From NCBI GenBank assembly GCA_030532065.1, contig JAUNLW010000001.1, positions 520,347 through 584,346 on the forward strand: DNA of 64,000 nt. Reading direction: 5' to 3'. Source of the stretch: Eubacteriales bacterium (GTDB taxonomy: Bacteria; Bacillota; Clostridia; Saccharofermentanales; DTU023). The notes beneath the pieces were generated by a model. That model made no database searches. It had not been told where the DNA came from and saw only the letters and a program-made list of their open reading frames with translations. The position numbers and the translations under genes are program-made. This document shows positions 37,125 through 45,972 of the stretch, one piece after another (the first letter of the stretch is position 1; every line of letters begins with the position of its first letter).

Positions 37125-37922
37125 CTAACCCAGGGCTACGTCTAAGATCATCATTAGAATAAAACCGAAGGCAAAACCAATTGTGCCATGGTTGCTGTGC
37201 GGTTCTTCTGAAGCTGCCGGTATCAATTCTTCTACAATCACGTACAACATAGAGCCGGCAGCAAAAGATAACAGATAAGGCAAGAGTGAAGATATAAATT
37301 GTGTAAGGAAAATAGTCAAGACAGCAGCCGCAGGCTCCACTGCGCCGGACAGAGTTCCTATCATAAAGGCTTTCTTTTTACTCTTGCCGGCGCTAGCCAG
37401 TGGCATGGAGATGACTGCTCCCTCAGGAAAGTTTTGGATAGCGATACCAAGAGCCAGGGCATAGGCTCCAGACATGCTTATACCAGAGTGACCTTGTAAA
37501 GCGCTGGCAAAAACTACACCGGTAGCCATGCCTTCAGGAATGTTATGTAAGGTAACAGCCAGCGAGAGCATAAGCGTTTTGCTCAGCTTGGCCTGGCCGG
37601 CATGTGTGCCTTCAGCTTCTTGCGCATCCATGTGCAAGTGGGGAATAACGTGGTCCAAAATCAGCAGAAAGGCCATACCGGCTGCTGTGCCCAAAGCCGC
37701 GGGCATAAAGGCCAGTCGACCTAAGTGCGCAGAATCATTAATTGCTGGCAATAGTAGCGACCAAACTGAGGCGGCCAACATAACGCCAGAAGCAAAGCCA
37801 AGTAAAGATTTTTCCACGGTTTTCCGCATCTCATCACGCAAGAGGAAAACACAGGCAGCACCTGCAGTTGTGCCGATAAAGGGTATAAGGATACCAATCA
37901 GGGTTTGTACTCCGGGAGACAT
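37125..37922 (-). CDS. zupT: ZIP-family divalent metal (zinc) transporter
   Basis: 265 aa, polytopic. Motifs LHNIPEGMA and IQNFPEGAV, and a His-containing loop. Confidence 0.85.
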   Translation of the reverse strand: MSPGVQTLIGILIPFIGTTAGAACVFLLRDEMRKTVEKSLLGFASGVMLAASVWSLLLPAINDSAHLGRLAFMPAALGTAAGMAFLLILDHVIPHLHMDAQEAEGTHAGQAKLSKTLMLSLAVTLHNIPEGMATGVVFASALQGHSGISMSGAYALALGIAIQNFPEGAVISMPLASAGKSKKKAFMIGTLSGAVEPAAAVLTIFLTQFISSLLPYLLSFAAGSMLYVIVEELIPAASEEPHSNHGTIGFAFGFILMMILDVALG

Positions 37923-37955
37923 TTTTCTATCCTTTAATTATTAGTTTTTCTATCT

Positions 37956-38006
37956 GTTCAACGGGTTTATATTTGTTCGGAAAATATTTGTTATTGAACC
38001 GGTAAT
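37956..38006. promoter_or_regulatory. Repeat-rich candidate operator region upstream of zupT
   Basis: Inverted GTTCAA (37956-37961) and TTGAAC (37994-37999). Direct repeats ATATTTGTT at 37969-37977 and 37984-37992. Palindromic core TGAACCGGTAAT at 37995-38006. Confidence 0.25.
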
Positions 38007-38104
38007 TAAGTTTAAGCCATTTTTTCAGAAAGAGAAACCTTAAGCAAACTTAGTTCTCTTGTACGCATTAATAAGACTCATAAGAATTTGTGCCAGACGG
38101 GCGT

Positions 38105-39082
38105 TTATACTTGTCTCAAAAATTTATCCAGCCTCCAGGCGTAAAAATCCGGGATAAAACTTTCCGATGCAGCTTCACCCTCCTGCACATAAGCATTTAT
38201 GATCTCTTCATTCATACAAAAGTCAATCCAACGCTCATATTCATCAGGGTTCACTCTTTGTTGCAATTCAGGAAAAGCGGAAAGCTCATTCGGGTCTAGA
38301 GGCGTGTACTGGCTCATCAAGCTTAGCATAATTGCGTCTCCGTAGCGCTTATGCAGATAGTGACTTATTGCCATGGCAGCCTCGGTCTGTCCAGGAAGCA
38401 GCAACTGACGCACAATCATACCCCGTATCATCATGCCTCGCTTATCCAGGACAAAAGGTCCCACCTGACAAAACATCTCAGCTAACGCAGCTTTAGCAAC
38501 TTCTACATAATTCGGCGCTGCCGAGTAACGAAGAGCAAGTGAGTCATCCCAATAGCGGAAATCTGGTAGGTAAATGTCAATCAGGCCTGCCAGTTCTCGT
38601 AGTGCGGCTACACTCTCGTAACCGGATGAGTTATAGACTATGGGCAAGTTAAGTCCACGTTCTTTAGCTACTACCAGAGCTTGTTTTATCTGTGGCAGAA
38701 AATGGCAGGCAGTTACCAAGTTGATATTTTCTGCGCCCAGGCTCTGGAGCTTTAAAAATACCTCAACCAGGTCCTCGATAGTCAGCTCTTCTCCTGCCTT
38801 GCCGGAAGAAATTGTATGATTCTGGCAATATACACAAGATAAGGGACAGCCAGAGAAAAAGACAGTACCGGAGCCATGCTCGCCAGAGAGCGATGGTTCT
38901 TCCCACAGATGCAATGAGGCACGGGCCACTCTAAGGTCAGAACCCATACCGCAGGTGCCTACTTGACCACGCACACGATCCACTCCACATTTCCTGGGGC
39001 AAAGTTGGCAATTACGGTAAGCCAAAACCAAGCTATTTGTATTTTCTCGCTTTTTATTAACGAAGGTTTGCATACGCACCAT
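38105..39082 (-). CDS. Radical SAM protein, PflX-like (pyruvate formate-lyase activase-related, uncharacterised)
   Basis: 325 aa. An N-terminal Cys cluster (CQLCPRKCGVDR..GTCG) plus the radical SAM motif CPLSCVYCQN. Confidence 0.75.
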   Translation of the reverse strand: MVRMQTFVNKKRENTNSLVLAYRNCQLCPRKCGVDRVRGQVGTCGMGSDLRVARASLHLWEEPSLSGEHGSGTVFFSGCPLSCVYCQNHTISSGKAGEELTIEDLVEVFLKLQSLGAENINLVTACHFLPQIKQALVVAKERGLNLPIVYNSSGYESVAALRELAGLIDIYLPDFRYWDDSLALRYSAAPNYVEVAKAALAEMFCQVGPFVLDKRGMMIRGMIVRQLLLPGQTEAAMAISHYLHKRYGDAIMLSLMSQYTPLDPNELSAFPELQQRVNPDEYERWIDFCMNEEIINAYVQEGEAASESFIPDFYAWRLDKFLRQV

Positions 39083-39105
39083 TATACAGTCACAAGCTCC
39101 AGGAA

Positions 39106-39134
39106 TTGTAGTTTTATGTTAAGGCTACTATAAT
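39106..39134 (+). promoter_or_regulatory. Putative promoter of kbl
   Basis: TTGTAG (39106-39111), 17 nt, TATAAT (39129-39134). Confidence 0.45.
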
Positions 39135-39181
39135 GCAATTAACTTGCATGAACACAGCTTTTGTAGCGGAAAGGAAGTTTT

Positions 39182-40369
39182 ATGAAAAGCGGAATCAAAA
39201 TCATTAGTGATCAATATCAAGAATTAGTAGATCAAGGTGTAGTCGCGGAAGAGCGTATTATCACCGGTCCTCAGGCCAACCGAATCAACACCACTAAAAT
39301 GGAAAATGTTATCAATATGTGCGCTAATAACTACCTGGGCCTGGCAGATAACTCTCGACTGATCGCAGCAGCAAAGGCAAGCTACGATAAGTTTGGCTAC
39401 GGACTTTCTTCCGTACGTTTCATCTGCGGTACTCAAACTATCCACAAAGATCTGGAGAAAGCCTTAGCTAAGTTCTTTGGCTTCGAAGATGCTATTTTGT
39501 ATTCTTCCTGCTTTGACGCCAATGGCGGTCTCTTTGGCACCATCACCACTGCGGATGACGCCATTATCAGTGATGAGCTGAACCATGCTTCTATCATCGA
39601 CGGCGTTCGTCTGTCTAAGGCCAAACGTTTCGTATACAAAAATAACGACATGGCTGACTTGGAACGCTGCTTAAAAGAAGCTGACGCTGCTGGCGCCAGG
39701 ATCAAGCTAATCGCCACTGACGGTGTTTTCTCCATGGACGGCATCATTGCTGACCTCAAAGGCATCTGCGATCTGGCAGATAAATACGACGCATTAGTAA
39801 TGGTTGACGACAGCCACGCCTCTGGTTTCGTCGGCGCTACCGGACGTGGTACCCCTGAGCATTGCGGTGTTGAAGGTCGCGTAGATATTATGACCTCCAC
39901 TCTCGGTAAAGCTCTGGGCGGTGCTTCTGGCGGCTTCACTCTAGCCAAGAAAGAAGTAGTTGCCTGGCTGCGTCAGAAGAGCCGTCCCTATCTCTTCTCT
40001 AATACCTTAGCCCCAGCTATGGCCGCTGCCAGCCTGGAAACCTTGCGTATTCTCGAAGAAGAGCCTGAGCGCCTGCACAAACTACAGGAAAATACCAAAT
40101 ACTTCCGTGAAGGTGTTGAGAAAATCGGCCTGGAAGTTATCCCTGGTGTCCATCCTATCGTTCCAGTCATGGTCTACGATCCCATTAAAGCTATGAAGAT
40201 CGCCGATGACATGCTGCAACTTGGCGTCTACTGTGTAGCCTTTAAGTACCCGGTAGTACCAAAGGGCAAAGATCGTATCCGTACCCAAATCTCTGCGGCT
40301 CACACCAAGGAAGACCTTGACTACGCCTTAGAGTGCTTTGCCAAGATGAAGGAAAAATATAACATCTAA
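39182..40369 (+). CDS. kbl: Glycine C-acetyltransferase (2-amino-3-ketobutyrate CoA ligase)
   Basis: 395 aa. Alpha-oxoamine synthase family: [41 protein letters not shown] (PLP lysine). Confidence 0.85.
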   Translation: MKSGIKIISDQYQELVDQGVVAEERIITGPQANRINTTKMENVINMCANNYLGLADNSRLIAAAKASYDKFGYGLSSVRFICGTQTIHKDLEKALAKFFGFEDAILYSSCFDANGGLFGTITTADDAIISDELNHASIIDGVRLSKAKRFVYKNNDMADLERCLKEADAAGARIKLIATDGVFSMDGIIADLKGICDLADKYDALVMVDDSHASGFVGATGRGTPEHCGVEGRVDIMTSTLGKALGGASGGFTLAKKEVVAWLRQKSRPYLFSNTLAPAMAAASLETLRILEEEPERLHKLQENTKYFREGVEKIGLEVIPGVHPIVPVMVYDPIKAMKIADDMLQLGVYCVAFKYPVVPKGKDRIRTQISAAHTKEDLDYALECFAKMKEKYNI

Positions 40370-40394
40370 GCTCAACGACACATTCTGTCAAAAT

Positions 40395-40422
40395 AAAAAG
40401 GTGGGTTTCGGCCCACCTTTTT
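40395..40422. terminator. Bidirectional intrinsic terminator (kbl / cobB)
   Basis: AAAAAGGTGGG-tttcg-gCCCACCTTTTT, a hairpin flanked by A and T runs. Confidence 0.7.
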
Positions 40423-40467
40423 CTATGCTTAAGTTTAGCTTATTATTATTAATAGCCTCTGCCACCA

Positions 40468-41211
40468 CTAGTATTCTATTCCTAAAATAGCGGCCAGCTG
40501 TGAGAAAACCTGACCAATTTTATCGTGGATAACCAGGTCCACCCGATCATCCAAATAAGTGTCATCCACATTTATAATGACGATCTTGGCGCCCGGTCGG
40601 AGATAATGTACTAAACCTGCTGCGGGATAAACGTTGAGCGATGTACCACCAATAATCAAAAGCTGAGCTCTACTGATATCTCCAATTGCTTCCTGCAGCA
40701 CTTCACGATCCAGACCTTCTTCATAGAGAACAATGTCCGGCCGCACTAAGCCGCCACATTCCGGACAGGTTGGCACCGAACCCATCATATCTACTTCTTC
40801 TTGAGTATAGTAGCGATGGCATTTAATACAGTAATGTCGTCTACTGGTGCCATGCAGTTCCCAGACTCGCTTGGATCCGGCATCTTGATGCAAGCCGTCA
40901 ATATTTTGGGTAATGATCGACTGCAGGAGTCCTTGCTCTTCGATGGCAGCTAATACTTTGTGACAAGGGTTGGGCTTGATACCTTCCAAAGAAAAATATT
41001 TACGGTTGAATTCAAAGAAGCGCTCGCTTTGACTCAGCATAAAGCCCGGCGTTAGAATGCGCTCTGCCCCAATTTCCCTGGTATAAATACCGGACTTGCT
41101 GCGAAAGTCAGGCACTCCACTTTCTGTTGAAACACCTGCTCCACCAAAAAATACCGTATAGGAAGAGGCCTGCATCATATCGGCCAATTTTTCGACTGCT
41201 GTTTGGTCCAT
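40468..41211 (-). CDS. cobB: NAD-dependent protein deacylase (Sir2/CobB family)
   Basis: 247 aa. GAGVSTESGVPDFRS, TQNIDGLH, a zinc ribbon (CIKCH..CPECGG) and GTSLNVYPAA. Confidence 0.85.
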   Translation of the reverse strand: MDQTAVEKLADMMQASSYTVFFGGAGVSTESGVPDFRSKSGIYTREIGAERILTPGFMLSQSERFFEFNRKYFSLEGIKPNPCHKVLAAIEEQGLLQSIITQNIDGLHQDAGSKRVWELHGTSRRHYCIKCHRYYTQEEVDMMGSVPTCPECGGLVRPDIVLYEEGLDREVLQEAIGDISRAQLLIIGGTSLNVYPAAGLVHYLRPGAKIVIINVDDTYLDDRVDLVIHDKIGQVFSQLAAILGIEY

Positions 41212-41288
41212 AGCTTTGCTCCTTTCAAATTTCTCTAATTAGTTTCTCAAAGTCTGTTGATATTCGACGCGTCACGTTTTTGTTTGCA

Positions 41289-41954
41289 TTAGACACTTTT
41301 ATCAAAAATAATCTGCAATAAATCTCTTGCGTTGGCCGCCAAATATGGAGAGCCAGCTGCTTCCAACTGCTCTCGTGAGCGATAACCCCATAGGACAGCC
41401 ACCACTGGCATGTTTACTTGAGCAGCTGTCGCGATATCCACTTCTGAGTCACCCACAAAAAAGGATTCTTCTGGGTCTATGCCCAAGTCATCAACCAAAC
41501 CCTGCATAAGCCTTTTATCCGGTTTTACCGGAGCGTTAACTTTCTGACCCAGTATGTGGTCAAAAAAGCCTGTACCGTATAGGCTTTCTATGACTCTCAC
41601 AGCCATGGGATGCGGCTTATTCGTTAAAACAACTAAACTGTAGCCTTCAGTAGCCAGTTGTTCACAAGCTTCCGGCATGCCTTCGTATGCTTCAAGACCA
41701 TAGAGGCAGTTTTTTTCATAAGCTTCAAGATAAACGGCTAAAGCTTCGTCCTCAGGTACTTTTTTATCCGCGTCCACCTGCTGTAATAAGCGTCGTACCA
41801 ACATGCGGGAACCATTTCCCAGAAAGGTCCGGTAAAGTTCTGCTTCAACTGCCGGCAAACCATAATGCTGCAGCATTTCGTTGCCAGACTTAACCAGTGA
41901 AGGCAAGGTGTAGACCAGTGTCCCGTCCAGATCAAAAATTATCGACTTACGCAA
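41289..41954 (-). CDS. HAD-superfamily hydrolase (phosphoglycolate phosphatase-like)
   Basis: 221 aa with a TTG start 8 nt after a GGGAGG RBS. HAD motifs IIFDLDGTLV, VLTNK and VGDSEVDI. Confidence 0.75.
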   Translation of the reverse strand: MRKSIIFDLDGTLVYTLPSLVKSGNEMLQHYGLPAVEAELYRTFLGNGSRMLVRRLLQQVDADKKVPEDEALAVYLEAYEKNCLYGLEAYEGMPEACEQLATEGYSLVVLTNKPHPMAVRVIESLYGTGFFDHILGQKVNAPVKPDKRLMQGLVDDLGIDPEESFFVGDSEVDIATAAQVNMPVVAVLWGYRSREQLEAAGSPYLAANARDLLQIIFDKSV

Positions 41955-42151
41955 GACTAATACCTCCCATATGAGATCTCTATCACAAAAGCATTATAGC
42001 ACGTGACATCAAATGGTCGGTTGCCGGCTCTTTTAGTTTATTCCTGAATACTTAATGCTAGTTTTTGCCGCTTGCTGACTAACTTCTGGTATGTTTTCCT
42101 GCAAATGGAAGTAAGTCTTGCAATCTACGCGAACAGTTTTTTCAAAAGGCA

Positions 42152-42180
42152 TTGACTTCTTAAAAAACGGCTCCTATAAT
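42152..42180 (+). promoter_or_regulatory. Near-consensus promoter of tRNA-Lys
   Basis: TTGACT (42152-42157), 17 nt, TATAAT (42175-42180). It lies 14 nt upstream of the tRNA 5' end. Confidence 0.6.
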
Positions 42181-42194
42181 GGCTAACAGTTCTT

Positions 42195-42270
42195 GTGGCA
42201 TTAGCTCAGTTGGTAGAGCAACTGACTCTTAATCAGTGGGCCCAGGGTTCGAGTCCCTGATGCCGCACCA
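42195..42270 (+). tRNA. tRNA-Lys (anticodon CTT)
   Basis: GTGGCATTAGCTCAGTTGGTAGAGCAACTGACTCTTAATCAGTGGGCCCAGGGTTCGAGTCCCTGATGCCGCACCA. Anticodon loop CT-CTT-AA, GGTTCGAGTCC T-arm, encoded CCA. Confidence 0.9.
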
Positions 42271-42280
42271 AGAAGAAAAA

Positions 42281-42315
42281 CCCCGTAAGTTTTTAGGGCT
42301 TGCGGGGTATTTTTA
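42281..42315 (+). terminator. Intrinsic terminator after tRNA-Lys
   Basis: CCCCGTAAG-tttttaggg-CTTGCGGGG (one G-U pair) followed by tATTTTTA. Confidence 0.6.
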
Positions 42316-42381
42316 TGGACTTTTGGGATCTTCTCGCTTATTAATTTAGGAACAAATTATTTAGAACTTTATGCAAAGTCG

Positions 42382-44721
42382 TTATGATCTGGCTTTTTCC
42401 AATTCTCGCAGAGGCCAAGCTTCTCTTTCTGCTATTGCTTTTGCCTCCAGGCTGGAAGAGAGATAGATAATTTGGCGGCCGGCAGTTGCCGCGTAATCGC
42501 ATAGAGCGGCAAGAGCTGTTTCTAGACGCTCATGATCTACTACCGCCAGACTCTCATCTAATAACAGCGGCAGCTGATAATGCTCTTTAGCCGCCAGACG
42601 ATCTCCTAAGGCCAAGCGCAGCGCCAAGCGAATAATGACTCTGGTCCCGTGCGAATAGAAAGAGTCGTGGTGGAATGCCTGATCATTGGCATCTGCCATG
42701 CTGAGATTTAGATCCGGAGAAATTTGCAGTTTATTATAACGTCCCTTACTTAGCAGGCTAAGCCAGTTATTAGCCCTCTGATGTAACTCAGGTCCTGCAC
42801 TGGCCTGGTATTGACGGCTGGCAATCTCTAAAACCGCGATGGCCAACTCATGAGCGAGTAGTGCCTGCTCCGCTTGCTCGCGGGCTCTTTGAGTAGTAGC
42901 CAGTTCTCGTTCTAGATTGGCAGTATTACGTTGATCGGAGTTCAGGTTTTGCAAAGCGGCTTTGTGGACAGCCAGTTCTTCTCTAAGGCGCAACAAGTCT
43001 GACTGCCAAGCCGCGCGCCCTTTATTTAGCTCAGAGACTGCCCTGCCGCTCTCCCATTTACGGATTTGCTGCTGAATCTTGGGCAATTCCTGCTTAGCCT
43101 TGCGAGCTGCCTGTTCTAAGGCCTGTACTTCCTGCTGGCTGTAATTGGGTAGGCTGCGAGATAGCCACTGACGGCGCTTCTCACTTTCCAGGCTGTAGTT
43201 GCGAAGGAAATCCAGGACTTCTAAAGGATCTTCTCCTTGCGGATAGCACTCAATATAAGGCTTTAGCCTTAGCATTAGGTCCTGCTTCTGGCGCGATAGT
43301 TTGCGTTGGATTTGTTCAATCTGCTGGAGCAGAACTTGTCTGTTTTGCTCTAACATGGCTAGATCCTGCTCCGTCTGTTCAATTCTCCAGGCGGTTTTGT
43401 TCTTATCTTCACTGGCCTGTGCCAATAAATCTCCCAGGCGCCGAACTTGTTCTAACTGCTTATCGCGCCTTAGCATACGATTTTGTCGTTCTCGGTAAAA
43501 AACGAAGGACAGTGAGCCTGCTATGAGCCAAACTAAGATTAAAGGCCAAGTTAGCTTTGCTTGAATCAGGAGCAAACTAATCAATATTGCGGTAGCAATT
43601 ATACCAACTTGAGCCAGGCCATAACCGGAATGGAGGCCTTGATTTGACAAACTAAAACCACGCCTTGCTTCTGCCTGCTGTTGATAATAGGCTTCCGCGC
43701 GCGAATGATGATCTTGCTCAGCGCGAGCTTGGTGAAGAACTAAGCTAAGCTCACCTTTTCTACCGTTTAAGTTAGTAAGCTCCGCTTTCGCAGTCTTCAG
43801 GTCATGTTCCAGTCTATGTATTTTCTGGGCACAGACAGAAAGGCTACCCAAGTCTCTCGCGCCCAACAGTTGAATCTTTCCGTAGCTTTCCGGTACTTCA
43901 GCGGCTTTGAGTGAGGCAATACCAGCTAGTTGAGCCTGATAGCGCTGGAAGGCCACCAAATCGTTTTCCAGATTCGAGCGTCGTTCTAACAGATCGTGGT
44001 AAGTCAAAGCTTCCTCTACTTCTTGTAAACTCCGCCCCAGCGTTTCCTGTTGCGCCAGTTTTTCCTGCTTAGCCTGATCTCTGGCGTACGCTTGTTCTAA
44101 TTGTTTTTCTAAATCGGCTACTTTTAGCTGCCAGCGATCAAGACTTCCCGTTGAGCTTGTATTAGTCAACTGTTGAGATGATTTTTTCAATTGGTTCTTG
44201 AGTTCAGTAGGTGAAACGTCTTCTGAACCTGCAGCTAGGAGTCTGGCTATTTTTTCTTGTAGGCTTCTACCCGGATTTTGCTTATCCCCTTCTTCAACCA
44301 GACAAATCAGAAGAAATTCTTCTTCAGTCAAACCCAATAATTCTTCTCCCGGAATATCAGGATTTTTCAAAGGGACTTCCACCGAGCCTTCGTAATGCCA
44401 AAGGCGGCAAATGTCGGCAGCTTTTTCTCTTCCAAAGCTTCTCTCTAATAGATAGTTCTGATCACGTAAAGAAAAACGTAAAGATCCTGAAGCCGGCGCA
44501 TCACTTTGCCAAGGCAAATAGCGTAGGCGCGCGTTTTTGGCTGGATTGGCATTTTGTCGACCCAGACCATAGAACATGGCTCGGATAAAAGCCAAGATAG
44601 TTGATTTACCGCTCTCATTCCCACCATAAAGAAAATTAAAACCAGAGTCCGGTTGCCAGGAAAAGTCTTTAATACCAGCAAAACAATTTATTTTGAGTTC
44701 TAAGATCTGCATACTAATCAC
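42382..44721 (-). CDS. SbcC/Rad50-like AAA ATPase with a central membrane hairpin (YhaN-like)
   Basis: 779 aa. Walker A GGNESGKSTILAF, long coiled coils, two central hydrophobic helices (VGIIATAILISLLLIQ, WPLILVWLIAGSLSFVF) and a C-terminal Walker B LPLLLDESLAVVD. An alternative ATG start lies at 44712. Confidence 0.75.
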   Translation of the reverse strand: MISMQILELKINCFAGIKDFSWQPDSGFNFLYGGNESGKSTILAFIRAMFYGLGRQNANPAKNARLRYLPWQSDAPASGSLRFSLRDQNYLLERSFGREKAADICRLWHYEGSVEVPLKNPDIPGEELLGLTEEEFLLICLVEEGDKQNPGRSLQEKIARLLAAGSEDVSPTELKNQLKKSSQQLTNTSSTGSLDRWQLKVADLEKQLEQAYARDQAKQEKLAQQETLGRSLQEVEEALTYHDLLERRSNLENDLVAFQRYQAQLAGIASLKAAEVPESYGKIQLLGARDLGSLSVCAQKIHRLEHDLKTAKAELTNLNGRKGELSLVLHQARAEQDHHSRAEAYYQQQAEARRGFSLSNQGLHSGYGLAQVGIIATAILISLLLIQAKLTWPLILVWLIAGSLSFVFYRERQNRMLRRDKQLEQVRRLGDLLAQASEDKNKTAWRIEQTEQDLAMLEQNRQVLLQQIEQIQRKLSRQKQDLMLRLKPYIECYPQGEDPLEVLDFLRNYSLESEKRRQWLSRSLPNYSQQEVQALEQAARKAKQELPKIQQQIRKWESGRAVSELNKGRAAWQSDLLRLREELAVHKAALQNLNSDQRNTANLERELATTQRAREQAEQALLAHELAIAVLEIASRQYQASAGPELHQRANNWLSLLSKGRYNKLQISPDLNLSMADANDQAFHHDSFYSHGTRVIIRLALRLALGDRLAAKEHYQLPLLLDESLAVVDHERLETALAALCDYAATAGRQIIYLSSSLEAKAIAEREAWPLRELEKARS

Positions 44722-45955
44722 CCTGTTCCAGCAAAGTAAAGAGCAGATTCATAGCCTGATCCAGAATCTGATACTGTTGTTCAGAGTCATAGCCAGAAAG
44801 CGCTTGATATGTTTTTATCAATTCCGGTTCAGGAGTTGAAAGGATGGTTTTCTCTTCAGTTATATCTTTCTCTAAGTTATCAAAGAGTTTAGCAGCGTAT
44901 GACTTTAATCCTTGCGAAGCGGCTAACTTTTTAAGATCTAGAGGACGCCTGGTTTTATCCAGAAATTCTAGATGTAGGCAGCTGCTGGCTAAACTGTTAT
45001 TAAGGAAAGTAAGATCTGGCGCGAACTCTGTTCTACCTGACAGATCAATTCTTAATGCCACTTTTTTAGCACTTTGGCACTTAAGCTGGACAGTCTCCCT
45101 GATTTGACTCAGGATCTCCTGTTGAAAGGCATTGTATTCCAGTTGATCGTTAGTAGATAGTTCGATATTTTCCCAGAAAAAGGCAGCCTGCTTTAAGGGA
45201 ACAAATTTTAGTTGAATATCTGTTTTATAAGAAGTAGCGTAAAGCTCCTTCCTCTTTGCGATAGTTCCCGCATAAAAGCCCTTACTTCCCAGCTCATCAA
45301 AGCCTCTCCCCATGAGCGCACCGGGATATACAGATCTTGTTGCTCCCTGCTTTACCAGGTCTGTCGCGTCATGATGGTGGCCTAAGATGGCCAGGTCCAG
45401 GCCACTATCTGCCAGCCATGTCTGGGAAATAGGGTTATAACGGCTGACTGAACCGTCACTTACAAGATCGCCGTGCAAAAGCAGAATATTGAAAAAGCTC
45501 GGATCTAAATTTGGCTGTAAGTCTGTAACAAGACTTTGAGAAGCCGACTGGCTCACGAAAGGCTCACTGTAAATTCGCAGCTTCCTACCCGGTAATTGCC
45601 AGCAAGTGCCGGTCTCCTTGGCCACATGCGTGTTGTCAGGCCAGCCGTCCACGTCCCAGATAGATCCCGCGAAATAAGGGTCATGGTTGCCGGGCACCAA
45701 GTAGATCTCAGTTTCCGGGCACAAAGCAAAGCTCTGCTGCGTACGTCGCAACAGAGCTTTGTCAGGATTTGTATGATCGAAAAGATCGCCGGCCAGGAAA
45801 AGTAAAGTTATCTCCTGCCTTTGGCAATAGTAACAAAGATTGGCTAAGCTTTGCTCCTGAGCGTCTCGGAGGCTTTGAGCCTCTGATTCCGGGAAACTGT
45901 TAAAACTGCTTCCTAAATGGACATCAGCAGCCAGGGCAAGCTTTACCTTATCCAT
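44714..45955 (-). CDS. SbcD/Mre11-like metallophosphoesterase (YhaO-like)
   Basis: 413 aa. Calcineurin-like motifs LAADVHLG, LAGDLFD, VPGNHD, LLHGD and GHHH. It overlaps the ATPase gene by 8 nt. Confidence 0.8.
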   Translation of the reverse strand: MDKVKLALAADVHLGSSFNSFPESEAQSLRDAQEQSLANLCYYCQRQEITLLFLAGDLFDHTNPDKALLRRTQQSFALCPETEIYLVPGNHDPYFAGSIWDVDGWPDNTHVAKETGTCWQLPGRKLRIYSEPFVSQSASQSLVTDLQPNLDPSFFNILLLHGDLVSDGSVSRYNPISQTWLADSGLDLAILGHHHDATDLVKQGATRSVYPGALMGRGFDELGSKGFYAGTIAKRKELYATSYKTDIQLKFVPLKQAAFFWENIELSTNDQLEYNAFQQEILSQIRETVQLKCQSAKKVALRIDLSGRTEFAPDLTFLNNSLASSCLHLEFLDKTRRPLDLKKLAASQGLKSYAAKLFDNLEKDITEEKTILSTPEPELIKTYQALSGYDSEQQYQILDQAMNLLFTLLEQGD

Positions 45956-45972
45956 AAGCCGGCAACAAACTA

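Noticed and set aside
39433-39948. 171-aa minus-strand ORF inside kbl
   Set aside because: It is antisense to kbl, is Ser/Pro/Ala-rich, and has no RBS.
40468-41954. SIR2-domain protein as a candidate NAD-depleting defence effector (Thoeris/DSR-like)
   Set aside because: It is only 247 aa, with the canonical sirtuin motifs and zinc ribbon of CobB-type deacylases. It has no fused sensor domain (SLOG, TIR, Ago or similar) and no partner genes. Its neighbour is an ordinary HAD phosphatase.
41955-42150. ~200-nt ORF-free stretch upstream of tRNA-Lys as a possible sRNA
   Set aside because: It is explained by the divergent promoter of the HAD hydrolase gene (extended -10 TGcTATAAT near 41985-41993 on the minus strand) and by the tRNA promoter. 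I saw no independent promoter-plus-terminator pair.
42195-45955. Possible genomic island integrated at tRNA-Lys
   Set aside because: There is no integrase or recombinase, and I could not see a direct repeat of the tRNA 3' end. The adjacent genes (yhaN/yhaO-like, nfnAB-like) are chromosomal housekeeping types convergent with the tRNA.
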